Source of the DNA: Tubulanus polymorphus
Taxonomy: Eukaryota > Animalia > Nemertea
Length of the DNA stretch: 64,000 bases
NCBI RefSeq assembly: GCF_964204645.1
Contig: NC_134028.1
Span: 21,758,345-21,822,344, forward strand
Reading direction: 5' to 3'
Below the pieces are notes generated by a model that saw only the letters and a list, made by a program, of their open reading frames with translations, did not search any database and was not told the DNA's origin. Both the position numbers and the translations under genes were made by a program. Of this stretch, positions 1 through 12,526 are shown in pieces; positions within the stretch are counted from its first letter, which is position 1; each line of letters begins with the position of its first letter.

Positions 1-459
1 CGAAAAATTGATTATGGGCCTTTTGTCTGAACAAATGTTCATAATTTCAATACATCCAATGAATGACGTAAAACAACCAAAACTATGAGTGACCCGATAA
101 GATACGGTAAAAACTTGGTGAAAGCCTGGGTTTCATCGGAGCTGTTTCATTTTTATCATACGGACCAATCAGGACAGAAGCTCCCAATTTCTTCAAATTT
201 GAGGCCAGTGCCGGTTACTGACGAAACAAAGTTTATCGACTGACGTGATTTTTGATAATTTCACGATAGGATTGCTTTAAGTAGCTTACACCTTCGCGCG
301 ACCTGCACCGTGGCGCGCGTACTCTATAACTGATACAAACACGCAGTGAACACGAGAGTATAAGGCTATATTGCCTAAATTTTTAAACTGTCTAAACTAC
401 TAAACTACCACCCAACAGTTCCCAATTACGTACATTTGAGACATTCAGATAATCCCCTG

Positions 460-920
460 TCACCCAGTCATCCAGCCGACGAGTCATCCAGTAATCCTGT
501 CGACTAGTCATCCAGTAATGCTGTCGACTAGTCATCCAGTCGTCCAGTCACCCTGTTATCCCTGATACTTAGTCGTCCAGTCATTCAGTCACCCTGTAAT
601 CCAGTCGATAGTCCTCCAGTCGACTAGTCACCCAGTCGCCCAGTCATACAGTAGACTAGTCTTCCAGTCGACTAGTAATACAGTCGTCCAGCTGCAAGTA
701 GTTGTAAAATTATGTGCGTATAGTGTCTACTTTCAACCGTCCTGTACACAGTCATCACCTAACTGATGTATATGGTGCCTACAGTCAACCGTCCTGTACA
801 GTCATCACCTAACAGATGTATATTTTCTCTACTGTCAACCGTCCTGTACATTCATCACCTAACTGGTGTGTAGAATTTCTACTGTCAACCGTCCTGTAAA
901 TCAGTTAAGTAATGACTGGT
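460..920. repeat. Degenerate CCAGTC/GTCGACTAGT array followed by ~52-bp tandem repeats
   Basis: Repeated GTCGACTAGTCATCCAGT at 460-690, and four copies of CAACCGTCCTGTACA..TCATCACCTAACTG at 730-920. Confidence 0.75.
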
Positions 921-1369
921 ATGTAGGGTTTCGCTTCTCATGATCTGTAGAATAAGTTATTTATCGAGGATCTATTTTCCCTGGACACTTTTTAATACGC
1001 TTTCATATTTCGACTTGCGCACTTATACATTTCTAAATACCCCGATTTTCTTAAAAATCAACTCTACACATTGCACTATATGCCGTATATCGGACTTGAG
1101 CCAAAATGTGGAATATATAAGTCGGCAGGGCACGCGATAATCCGAAGTACCGAATCATTCCAGCAAAATACATGCGGTATTTCATCTATTGTGTAGCTTT
1201 GTATGTTTATTTATCAGCAGTTTTGTAACATTAATTGAAATAAGAAATGCACAATTCCAATCACATTAGCAAGAAATGAGTAGAACTTATGCATGCATGT
1301 TGTAACTTTATTTTCAACGTTAGCCCACGGAGCCAAAAACCACCAACATCGGTAGCTGTGTTTAGAAGA

Positions 1370-3485
1370 TTAGCGCAAACTTTCTGTATTCGCACTGCCT
1401 TGGTATGTATGACCAACACCAGTGAAGCAATCGCTGAATTGCTTGTGGATAACATCAGGATGTAGAATGTGTTCACCACCGATATTTGCTATGCATTCGT
1501 CAGTTTGAAACGAACACATTCCAGAATTGTAGTTTCCGACCAGAGTTGTAAAATGAGCAGCTGAATAGGATGATTGCGTAATCGGTACGAGTTGAGTCTC
1601 TTCGAATGAGTAACCATTAGTGCATTCAATACGCATCGTGGCATTTACTTCATTCTTATCCAGTTTGTATTTAGTTACCGTGCCGTACATCAACGCTGCA
1701 CCCGGGCCCCAAAACTCGGTCCATTTTCCGTGCATGGTGCCGGTTCCAACGGTCTTAGTTTCAGTCGTACTTGCCATGTATGATTTTGTGTGTCCAACTG
1801 AACCAGATACAGCTACACTTACCGAACTACCACTACCCAGGACATCTGCAGATGCTGTAACTTTTGTCTCGATTTTTCCTTCGTACGTCCACGAATCTCC
1901 TTCTTGCAATGTGTAGCCTGTAGCGTCTTGCACTTGTCTTAGGGTCTGTAATGTTAGTCTGTTCTTTGTACCATTTCTACAGTTGTGACTTGATGCCAGT
2001 CCTACGACGGACATCGTATCCAAAGCCAATTTTAAACTATCTGATATGGTCATTTGTGTAGCCACGCATATTGCATACTTGCACGTTTTCACTTTCCAGA
2101 CGCGGTCCCTGTTACAAAAATTCATATAAAATGTGGACATGTTATATCTCGTTATTTCGTGATGAGAAAAGCTAATTTAATCTTTATCAAATAAATATTC
2201 AGAATGAATGTTGGTTCCGATAGACCCGTGAATAGACAAGTGTAATTTGTCGGTTAATGATTTAATAGGGATAAAGTGCATTTGTAATGAAAATTCTTAA
2301 GTCCATTGTGAAAATTGATTGCTATTCGTGAAGTCGCCGTTGTTGTATCTAACACGTACCTATGACGGCCATGATATTCACTCCATAAACCAGTGATGCC
2401 CCTTCCATTGTCAATTGTATGGTCAAACGGTTTGTCATAGTTAGCCAGATTATTGGTCGTTCTACAGTCAGTCCCAGGTTCTGTTACTACCTGAAAGTGT
2501 TGTGAATAGATAAACTTTTCGAGTGAACGGTTAAAGGATCGATGATTGTCGACAGATACATTTTACATAATGATGGAAATACTCGACAATATATCCTATT
2601 GTAATTGAAATGAGGATATTGAAATGAGTGGAAGGAATTGGAGAGGGAGACATCATTATTGATGACGAAAACATTATACTGATTTTGCATGAGGTATTCA
2701 AATGTCGGCTTAACACTTATAGAATTATATACATCTTTTCATAATGACCGAATGCAGGGATGTGATGCATGTGAAAAGAAAAACATGAACATTTCTGAAA
2801 AGTAATTTAATGTGTGAAAAATGTGAACAAATGCGAAAATGTTGGAAACTACGTGACGATTTTTGATAATCTTTTCTTTTTTTGTTTTTCTTTTCGTCAG
2901 AAATTCCTATGTAGGTTTACTTATAGACTGTATGCGTTCTTCTATCTCTCGGCTCTAATAATTGCTTTATCTCTGGATAATTGCTTTTCTTTCGCAAAAG
3001 GAATTTTTTATGACATCGAATAAATTGTGTGATTGTTTTGACTACCTCAATGACTCGTGTCAAACGTTAACCCAAGACTGATGAACTGAAAACAAATAAT
3101 GTATACATGACGTAAATGCTAAATTGTGACGTACCTTACAACATCTGAATTGCCAAGCTCGATCCGCTTGGTTGTTTTTGTGGTAGCTCCATACTCCCAC
3201 CAGAAGTCCTCCATCTGGGCAGGTGAAATCGATCTTTCCTCTTATCACTGTAGGACTTCCAGTAAGTCCGCAATCTTTCCCTCTGCCTACGAGGCCGCTG
3301 TTTTTACATTCGAAATACCATCTTCTGTCCTCTTTTGAGTTAGCGTGTTCACTTTTAATTCTAGTGATATGCGACCCAGGTGGACAGGTGAAGTCCAATC
3401 TCTTATCGTACTCATTCATCCAATTTACCGCTTCATTGTTGCAAATTAATGCAGCAATAAGTACAATCGGGATTAGCATAAACAT
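1370..3485 (-). CDS. Secreted dermatopontin/haemagglutinin-amoebocyte aggregation factor (HAAF)-like + aerolysin/ETX-MTX2-like pore-forming protein, paralog A (~406 aa)
   Basis: Coding exons 3485-3135, 2490-2360 and 2108-1370 have GT-AG junctions and compatible phases (0,2). N-terminal hydrophobic signal (MFMLIPIVLIAALIC). Dermatopontin repeats: NEYDKRLDFTCP, SEHANSKEDRRWYFEC, SYHKNNQADRAWQFRCC, RDRVWKVKTC. The last exon is S/T/V-rich with an amphipathic hairpin (KIETKVTASADVLGSGSSVSVAVSGSVG). A non-coding first exon ends at a donor at 3688. Confidence 0.85.
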
Positions 3486-3688
3486 CTGAAGACATGAAGA
3501 ATTTACAATTCTCAATAAGGTTGTTACAAGAATAAAAGCAAATCCATTAGGGCAGATTTCAAATCATCGCGTTTAAAATGATTCGAAATTGGAGGGTGTT
3601 AGAAATAAATCATAAATAAACCCATTCATTTCCCCTCCTTGACACATTGCTTTTCATATTTAGCCAAATGAATGGAGCAGCAACTTAC

Positions 3689-3738
3689 CTCTCAGTCACT
3701 CCTGTGCGCTGATCTTTGTCTAAATGAAACCGTTTATA
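3689..3738 (-). promoter_or_regulatory. TATA box and short non-coding first exon of paralog A
   Basis: Minus-strand TATAAA at 3738-3733, then a short exon ending GAG|GTAAGT at 3689/3688. Confidence 0.5.
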
Positions 3739-4189
3739 CCGAATAGAAATGACACCCAACTCCTCACACACAAGTTTTCGAAATAGAATATGTATTGATT
3801 GCAATTTCCCTTGAATGCCTAGACGAAGAAATCTCACGTTTCACCAACGTGTCAACAATATTGATCTCTCGTGAAAAACAGGGCAGTTTTTTAATCGATT
3901 GATTCAACAGGTGTTTTTACTCCTATTATCGGTTTTTCCTCATGCGTTGCGTTGCAAGAAAGTGGGTTCACGCTCAAATCGATGACAATTTTCGAACGTT
4001 ATCTCAATATACGGTAACTCGTGATTCTTAGCATCAGTAGGCTATTCTTGATAGACAACTGCAATCGGTCAATTGAATACATGATTTTCAACAAATAATG
4101 GGATAAGGAAAATGGGCATCAGCAAACTGTTTTTTTCATTTCAAGTACCCAAACAAGTTAGGAGTACTCGAGTTCATTCTTCCCAAACG

Positions 4190-4607
4190 TTATACGGAAA
4201 TAATGCCGCAAGAAGAAATGCCAACAAATTTTGCAACATAGGAAAAAATACCACCGGTAAAAATGCCACTTTTTGGCACAGTATGAAAAAATTCCAACAG
4301 GCAAAAAGAAGTGAGTTAAACTGCAATGATTATCAATCATCTAATTAATGCTCTTTCTTTTTGATTTCTAACTTTAATCCACTATCGCATTTTAGCACCC
4401 CCCCTGCCAGTTTTCTCACATTTTAGTTCCCCCTGTTTGCTCTTCTTTAATCGGTTAGCTTGTAACTATCAAATTCATAATCAGTAGTTTATCTATATAG
4501 TAATTATACTTCCGACGTGGCAAACGGTGGCATTTTCTTCTACTGCCATTTTCACTGGTGGTATTTTACCGGTGATATTTCTTCGGGTGGCATTTTTTCC
4601 TACATTC
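4190..4607. mobile_element. MITE/foldback-like element between the divergent toxin-like genes
   Basis: Left arm repeats GGAAAAAATRCC / CCGGTAAAAATGCC. Right arm carries the reverse complements (GGTATTTTACCGG, GGCATTTTTTCCTA). Confidence 0.55.
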
Positions 4608-5314
4608 GTCCCAGACAGAGATATCAGCGAAATGATCGATTAGATATCGAATCATTCGGGTTATGTCGTCGCCATTTGCATATTGTGAACTAGTTGGCGC
4701 ATGGCTCGTTTCAACCACCATAATTAATAAATACAGTGATATGAGAAAGATGCCTAACTGTTTGTTATTCATGCTTAGTATGTTTTCGTAAAACTCTAAA
4801 GATAATTTTAAAATCACACATGTTCGCTTCCAAAAAACAGAAAATATCAGGGAACATGAAACCTAAAATGAAAAGAGTTTTTTAATTTCTGGAGTTGGGT
4901 TCCATTGGCATGTGTTAGCGTATTCGGGTTGACATTGAATTTAAATATTGAAATTGTCCTTGAACACAATTGAAAATCACACCGCACACATGCTGCAATT
5001 CTCAAAAGAATGAGAGGACTTTGCATAATGATTATTCGCTTTCAAACTCATTTTGATATAGGACGTTCTCGGTATCTGAAGGTGAGCGAAAGTACAGCAC
5101 GATATTTCTGAAACAATTTCTCAAAGTGAATAGAATCAAAACCAATAGTATCCAAACGATAGATTGATAATGAATGATATCCTTATATATTAGATATAAG
5201 AGTTAGATATCAAAGAATCTTATCCAAACGTCAAAGACTTTTGGTTTTCATCTTCCTCCACATTTTCCGTACTGAATTTTTGTTCTTGAATATCATTGAT
5301 TGCAATTTACAGTT

Positions 5315-8300
5315 ATGATTGCAAGCCTGGTTCACGTTTGGGCTACAATTTTCGCAGTTATTTTTTGCTGTGGAAATATTTCGGCCTGGGTTGTTGAATC
5401 GTACGACACCAAGTTCGAATTCGCATGTGAGGATGGTGAACATATATACTCAATCGAGAGCAAACACGCTAATAGCAAAGAAGACAGATTGTGGAGTTTC
5501 CTGTGCCGCCCGGGTTACGTCTCGACAGATTGTGGCTTTACCGCACATCACGTCAACAGCTATTACAATGGTCTAGACTACAAATGCCCCGATGATACAA
5601 TAATCACAGGCGTCTCAAGCGAACACAAGGATAGGGATAGAATTTGGAAATATAGATGCTGCAAGGTAAGTTAAGAAAACGCTCGTGATAGCCACATTTA
5701 GATGTAATCCTCTCATATGCATTTGTGTACCCTTTATATATAAATGCCACACAATTTGTATTGTATACGATTGTTTAAACTCAATGAAGTCTATGTTGTA
5801 TCAGTCTATGAAGTAAATCCCAAAATACGATAATTTAACAACTTAAATCAGTTACACTGACGTTTCAGATTATACTTTCATCCATCTTCAGGGAAAACTG
5901 AAATTTCAGTTTTTTAATTCTCGTATTTCGGGTCTTTTACGTGAAATTGTTAGTTTGTATTTTCAGTTGAATACACTTCCTGGCGCGGATTGCTATTCGA
6001 CAAGTGAAATTAATGACGGTGATGAACATTTCTTGTACGAAATCCCATATGGCGAGTCTATCGTTGGATTTAAAAGCGATTACGATGACCCTACAAGGTA
6101 GTAAAGAATATTGAGCAAGAGTAAAATATAAACGATAGGTCAAAATCGAGTAAGACTATTTGCAGTCTGAATGTACTCAACTCACGATATTAACGATTAA
6201 CCAAGGAGAGGATGCAGAAATTCTTTCGGGGTCTATTGGAAGATCCTAACAATTTTAAAGAAATTTCTAGCATTTTGTTAAGTCAATTGCATGCTATCTG
6301 TATCAGTAATGATGAGGCTCATATTTTGGTGTGTTTTAGATTTTCTCTTGAAAAATGCTCTTCAAAAATTGGAAACTATCGGATTTACTGCCTGTATCCG
6401 CCCTTGTTGGTACAAAATAGATAGATGGAAGGATTATACACATAACTGAATATTTGCTGTTAATCGATAGTCATAATGGGCTTGGTTTCATAATAGGTTT
6501 TTTTGTTGTGTATATTTTTGCTTTACGTCATTCGAATCTTGGTTTCCCAATTGGATTATTCATTTAATCTAACTATACGGGACCACGGCCTTTGAAGTGT
6601 TGCCCGCGCACTGGAAGCACCCAGCAGGACTTGTCTTTCTGATAGTGAATGCAATAACATTACCCTTATCCATACGAGAGCTCTGAGGCTGTTTTCCATT
6701 TCGTGTATTCAAATTAGCATTATCATTATTACCATCATCGATATTTGCGTTAGCATTCCGATGTTCATTTCGAATTGGCCAACTTTTCATATCCACTTTG
6801 ATACAAAACTAATTCAACTATATTTAAACCTGAAAAATGATTTAACAAATAATGTCGCCATGTTTTTGAGATAGCAAAAATAATACAATTTAGTAGCGCA
6901 TTCTGTGAAATCTTACAGGGATCGCCGTTGGATCATCCACATATGCAGATTTACCCAATGCCAAGCAACAAAAATGAAGGTCCTTGATTTCGTAGTTCCA
7001 AAATTCGTCGGTATTCGAAGAATTGGCCATAACACGGGCACAAATTGCGCAAATAACAGTCTCGATATGGTTACATTGGAAGCAAGTCAATCAAGCGCAG
7101 AGACCACGACCATCAGTGATTCTGTATCAAAAACCTGGAGCTACGGCAGATCTTTGACCGTTTCAGCAAGCATAAAAGCCGGTTTCCTGGGAAATGGAGG
7201 CGCAGTAGCTTTTTCTGCTACATTATCTTCGAAAGATACATTTACAAAAGGCACGGTTAACATATCATCACACGTCGAAACAACTACAAACAAGGCAAAC
7301 GACAAATTAGAATACCGCGGGCCAGCATCGGGCTTACTTGTAGCTACTGCTAAGTTGTATAAATTCGACAGAAGTTCCGTAAACGTAGAGCTTGATATAG
7401 CTTGTGAGGATGGTACAGAGTTTAAAGAGAGGAAAAAGGTCGCATTAAGCCAAAGTGTTTACTCTGGCGTATACTTTTCTAAAGAGACTGGATTTTACAA
7501 TCCAGGACGATGTCAACCACATAATCCTTGTCTTTACGCATTACAAAATGGTTTGAGCGATTCAGAACCTTTCGAGATCATTCGAAAATTCCAAGACTGT
7601 TTCAAAAATGGTGTTGGACATACCACGTTGAAAGATGATTATACCCACGGTAAATATCCGTTCCTTGTTACCAGGAACCAGTTGCTCAAGTTGGTTAAAG
7701 ATAAACTTTGGTTATGTTCATGGTCAATGTAATTCTATGCAGTGTTGATAATAATTATTTCTATGTCAACTATTCACTGGTTTTGGTAACTGGTTCCAGG
7801 TTTTTAAAGCTACGCGGAAAATTTCCTCTTTTTAAAACATTGATATGTACATCGTCTTATATTGAAGCTTTCAATTACTATTTACAGTACCTGGTTATGT
7901 CGGTTGTTACATGGACAAATCGAGCGCCAGAGATTTGTCCGGAGAGGTTTTGATTAGCAACGATTTAACCATTGAGATGTGTAAGATATTCTGTGGTTCG
8001 AAAGGTAGGCAGTTATCCCAGTTGAACAGTTGCCTATTTCAGTCATTGACGAAATGAATAATATTGTAAGATGTGACACCTAATAAGCATCATTACATTT
8101 GTCTTTATCTTGGACTCTTTGATTTGAATGGTCGCTTTTATTTTTCAATTTCTTTGGGATCACCTTTGCCGCTATATTAACTGATCCGTGGCATGGTATT
8201 ATTCATCAGTGGCTGAAGAGAATTGGATGATTCAGGCCATGATGAAAAAAAACATGAGTCTCATGTCAGACTTAATCCCTAAGATTTTTTTTATATCCAT

Positions 8301-10930
8301 CTTAACGCCACATAAAAACGATATTTTCGATTTAAAAACTTGATTTGATATTTTGGTGGTGATTGGGTCCCTCATATCTGTCAACAATAGATTTAGAAAG
8401 TTGACTTGAAACGATTCAATATAAACCGCATCGCAAGTTAACCCGAACTGCCAGGGCAGATATTAAGATATTTCGTATAATTCATAGTTCTTTACCCTAC
8501 AATATTTCCAATGGTTTTCTTCAGGTAGAAGATTTGCCGGGTTGCAGAACAGGGCCATTGATTCTGTAATCGGAAATCGAAGTATCTGTTTTGACGCTAC
8601 ATTGTCTACTGTTTCTGCCAACATTGATTTAGATTACGAAAGTTGAATTGAAAAGATTCGAATTAACCGCATAGCAATATTGACTCGAACTGTCAGACAC
8701 AACGATATTTCGTATCGTTCATCGTTCTTTATCCTACAATGTTTCAAATGGTTTTCTACAGGCAGAAGATTTGCCGGGTTGCAATTTTCTAACGAATGTT
8801 ATTGCGGTGACAGTTATGGCAAATACGAGAAGAAACCAGAATCCGAATGTAATAAGGCGTGTGTAGTGGAACCGAGGAAAAAATGTGGAGGCGTGAATAG
8901 AAACTCAATCTATGAACTACTGCCCGATTATCTAGGTTGCTTCATCGACGATATTGACAATAGAGATCTGTCAGTGAAGTATGCAACAACATCGAAGAGT
9001 ATGAATCTAAGAAAGTGTTTAGAGTTTTGCCAGTCATCGGGTGAGTAGACCGCAACATCATCCAGGACCCAGTTCCACAGTTGTGAGTGAGAGTTGTCTG
9101 AGTTTGAATTATATACTTCATTTTCAATAATGTGTTAACTCAAAGTGAAATCATCACGCACAACTGTGTACCTAACCATTCGATAACTAATAACCATAGT
9201 GGCAATGCAGTTTCAAATTTCACAATGGACAATCTGGATCGTAGGAAGTCTCGACTAGTGGTCTGAGCTAATACGGTTCGGTCTTCACAGTGGTAACGGA
9301 TTTCACAGTGCCCGCCATCTTGCAACTGCGTCCGAACTCCGCGGTCGTGCCCAATCCCGTGGTTGATTATTTACGGACTATAGTTCCGACTAGTTCGCAA
9401 ATATTTGACTAATTCCGATAACCGATAGTAGGCGTTGGCAGTTCCCAATTCCTGATGGAAAACGCGGAATGATGTATTTCTACTTAATATTACCAAATAG
9501 TATTTGGTAATATTAAGTAGACATACATAGTAAAAGTATGTAGTTTATCAACAGGTTACAGTTATGCTGGTTTGCAAAACAACACTAAATGTCAAAAAGT
9601 TGATTGTCGCTGTGGAAATAGCTATGGTAAATATGGTGGAATAACTGAAAACAATTGCGATGTTCCAAACGCAGAAGACAATGAAGAAAAATACGGACGA
9701 GTCGGTTTCAGTTCTATCTACAAAGTCTATCCAAACTATGTCGGTTGTTATGAATCGAAAGGAGGACAGAATGATATATGTATTTACATTGGTTGTTACA
9801 TAGATTTTAGCACTGATAGGGATCTGCTAAATGAATGGGAAACAACGACCCCAATGGATACACGAAAATGTTTAACTGAATGTCAAACAAGAGGTAAAAT
9901 ACATGTGAGGCCTACATATACGGTATAATTACAAAAATATTTTAGAAGTAGCATTATTCGTTTTCAAAATTCATTAAAATTTACGCATGACTACACGTAT
10001 GAAGAACGTTGAGTTCCTTTTTCAATGTTTGCCATGAGTTGCCAAATCCATGATATGGCAATGATATATATTAATGATGTTATTTATCATTACCACTATA
10101 ATGATAATTTTATAAATGGTCATCATCACCAAATACATATGAAAATAATGGGAATGAACAACAAATTTCCAATTATATTCAATTATTTTCAAAATTCAAA
10201 ATATATATTAAAAATTTTATTTTCTCAGTTGTAAAGAACAAGTTAAAAGATTATATAATGATCAAGAGGGGATGCAGGACGAGCCAAGTTGGCTGCTCCA
10301 AAATACAGTGATCCGTGCCCGTGTGGAAAAACTAACATTAACACTAAATAGCATTTCAATTACTTTAGGTTACGTATACGCGGGTTTACAGTATAGTGAG
10401 GAATGTTTCTGTGGTAGGAGTTACGGTAAACATGGAGGAAGGAGAGCAGATACTGAATGTGGCATGAAATGCGCTGGTAATAGTGATCAAATATGTGGCG
10501 ACGCCTATAGAAATTCAATCTATCTTTGCTCTAGAGATAAAATGTCAGTTGATAAATGTATCAATTGGTGTCGAGGTTTTAGCACCAACGGTAAGCTCTT
10601 CTGAGATAGATCAAAATTTATAACGGCCCGCTCCTAGTCTAATCAACCTATGCATTAGGATATGGAAAATTCATTTTTCAAGATTTTTTACTTTGGAAGA
10701 TTAGCCATCGGCATATCGAAAATAGATCGTTTCATTGTCGAAATGATTTTGTCTTTCTAGATTTCCGATACGTTTACGCTAAACTTTCTGGAGGTAATCG
10801 ATGTACATGCGCTACACAATCAGACTCTCGTAGAGGGTCACCAGCTACTGGAAAATGCACTAAACCTTGCGACGGTGATAAAAACCAAATCTGTGGTGGT
10901 GACGGCAAACATTCTATTTATAAGATATAA
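5315..10930 (+). CDS. Secreted dermatopontin-like + aerolysin-like + 4x WSC protein, paralog B (~779 aa)
   Basis: Exons 5315-5665, 5967-6097, 6919-7649, 7888-8004, 8762-9040, 9555-9893, 10369-10590 and 10761-10930 join in frame. The first two coding exons (351 and 131 nt) match paralog A in length and phase. WSC signatures: YVGCYMD..RDL..C..FC, FAGLQFSNECYCG, C..C.G..CGG..NSIY. AATAAA at 11024. Confidence 0.85.
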
Positions 10931-12375
10931 GAAACTCTCTAAACTATGCTTTAGATTGTGAAACTTATGCATGTACTTAAATGGTTCGGTTATACTTAAT
11001 TTGCCTCAGAAACTCAAATTCAGAATAAACAACAGAAACAAAATTAGTTTTACGAGTTTTACGAGAAATATATTTTCATGGTACATGTAAGGGGCATAAG
11101 GCACCATTTTTTGCGCACAACGCGGAACTTATCGGATATAAACAGCCTTGAACTGACGAGATACTGTCGGTGCAGAACACTGGACTCATAGGAAATAACA
11201 ATCTTATCTACGTAATAGGTGGGAAACCATACGATTATCCCTTGATTCTTGATTTCTCCTCGAAATCTCTTTTATCAAGAAAGGCTGAAGTGCTCGGTAT
11301 CAGATTGACATGCTCACTCCAATTCGACCTATCATCGACCAACGCTTATGTCCAAGTTGATATATTCCTCTCTGGATTGGTTCATCGATAAAGAGATATC
11401 CGCGTTGCAAAATAATGACATCAATGAATTGGTATCTGCGGTATCTGGTCGAGTGTATTTTTTAGTCAACTTTGTCAAATATTTGGCCAAATGTTTGAAA
11501 TGATTTTAAAAATGATCAAAGAAAAATTTTTGTTGTGGTCTTGAAACCGTTGTTTCCTTTTTAAATGGACACAATCAAATTTTGCTATTCAAGCCACCAA
11601 TGCGTCAGAATACAAGAATTATATTTTAAAATAGTTGAAAATAACACATTACAAACTTCCTAATTAGTACATCTAAGACATTTGAGTCGGTAAGCTTACT
11701 TCTGCAAAACAGTTATTCACTTGGGAAATGCACTTTCAAAATTATTTATCAAAAAATACACGTTCTGGCTATTAAGTTTCAAATTACACATTTAAGACAT
11801 TCAGAGAGTCCGGTACTTCAGCAAAACAGCTATTGATAATTTGCGCTACGTTCAAAATGAAGGGTCAGATAATCGTCACGTCCGATCAATTTTATTCGAT
11901 AAATTTTGTTGAAGTTCAAGAGCGTTTTCTTTTACCGAATGATATATGTTGGCGACCAAGATGTAACGTTAACCAACATTGGAAAAATTGAATGAATGAA
12001 ACTATGAATGAAAATATTTTTCCAAAGTTTTCGAAGAAAATAAATGAAGCAATCTCCGCAGACAATAAACGAAACAGTCGAAGCAGCAATTTAATAGATA
12101 TTATTTATTTGCACTGTAAAATGTCCGTAAATATATAATGCTTTTTAGTCAATAGATATCTGTGAATATAAGTTTTTAAATTATAAGTACGTAAACTTGT
12201 ATAATACATGAAATGAAATAAATGTAATGATTTAGATTGTAAAAAAGACCTGATACATCTACAGTAAATGTACAAACTAACATCTTAAAGCATAAAATCA
12301 AAAAGTTTTGTAATTTCAAGCATTATAAAACATCATTCTTTAAAAGTGTCTAATAGATTAAAGAAATTATTTTTG

Positions 12376-12440
12376 AATAAACCCTGAAGATGGATGGGAA
12401 GAAAAATTCTTCCCGAAACATCAGAAAAACGGGATTTATA
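12376..12440 (+). ncRNA. Hammerhead-ribozyme-like motif of the Penelope pLTR type
   Basis: CTGAAGA at 12384-12390, perfect 8-bp stem GGGAAGAA/TTCTTCCC at 12396-12414, GAAAC at 12415, and possible stem I from ATAAACCC/GGGATTTAT. Stem III and the cleavage site are imperfect. Confidence 0.45.
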
Positions 12441-12526
12441 GTTATTGTTGTATCACTATCGCGAATGTTCTGATTATAAATATTTTGAAACTTCACGGAT
12501 GGATCGTACAAGTAGCACAGAAAACT

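Noticed and set aside
1620-1916. Antisense ORFs over paralog A and over the GIY-YIG ORF (13392-13784)
   Set aside because: Shadows of the real coding strands.
3740-5070. NF-kB-like sites in the spacer between the toxin-like genes (e.g. GGGAAATTGC at 3810-3801)
   Set aside because: Only imperfect matches that are expected by chance.
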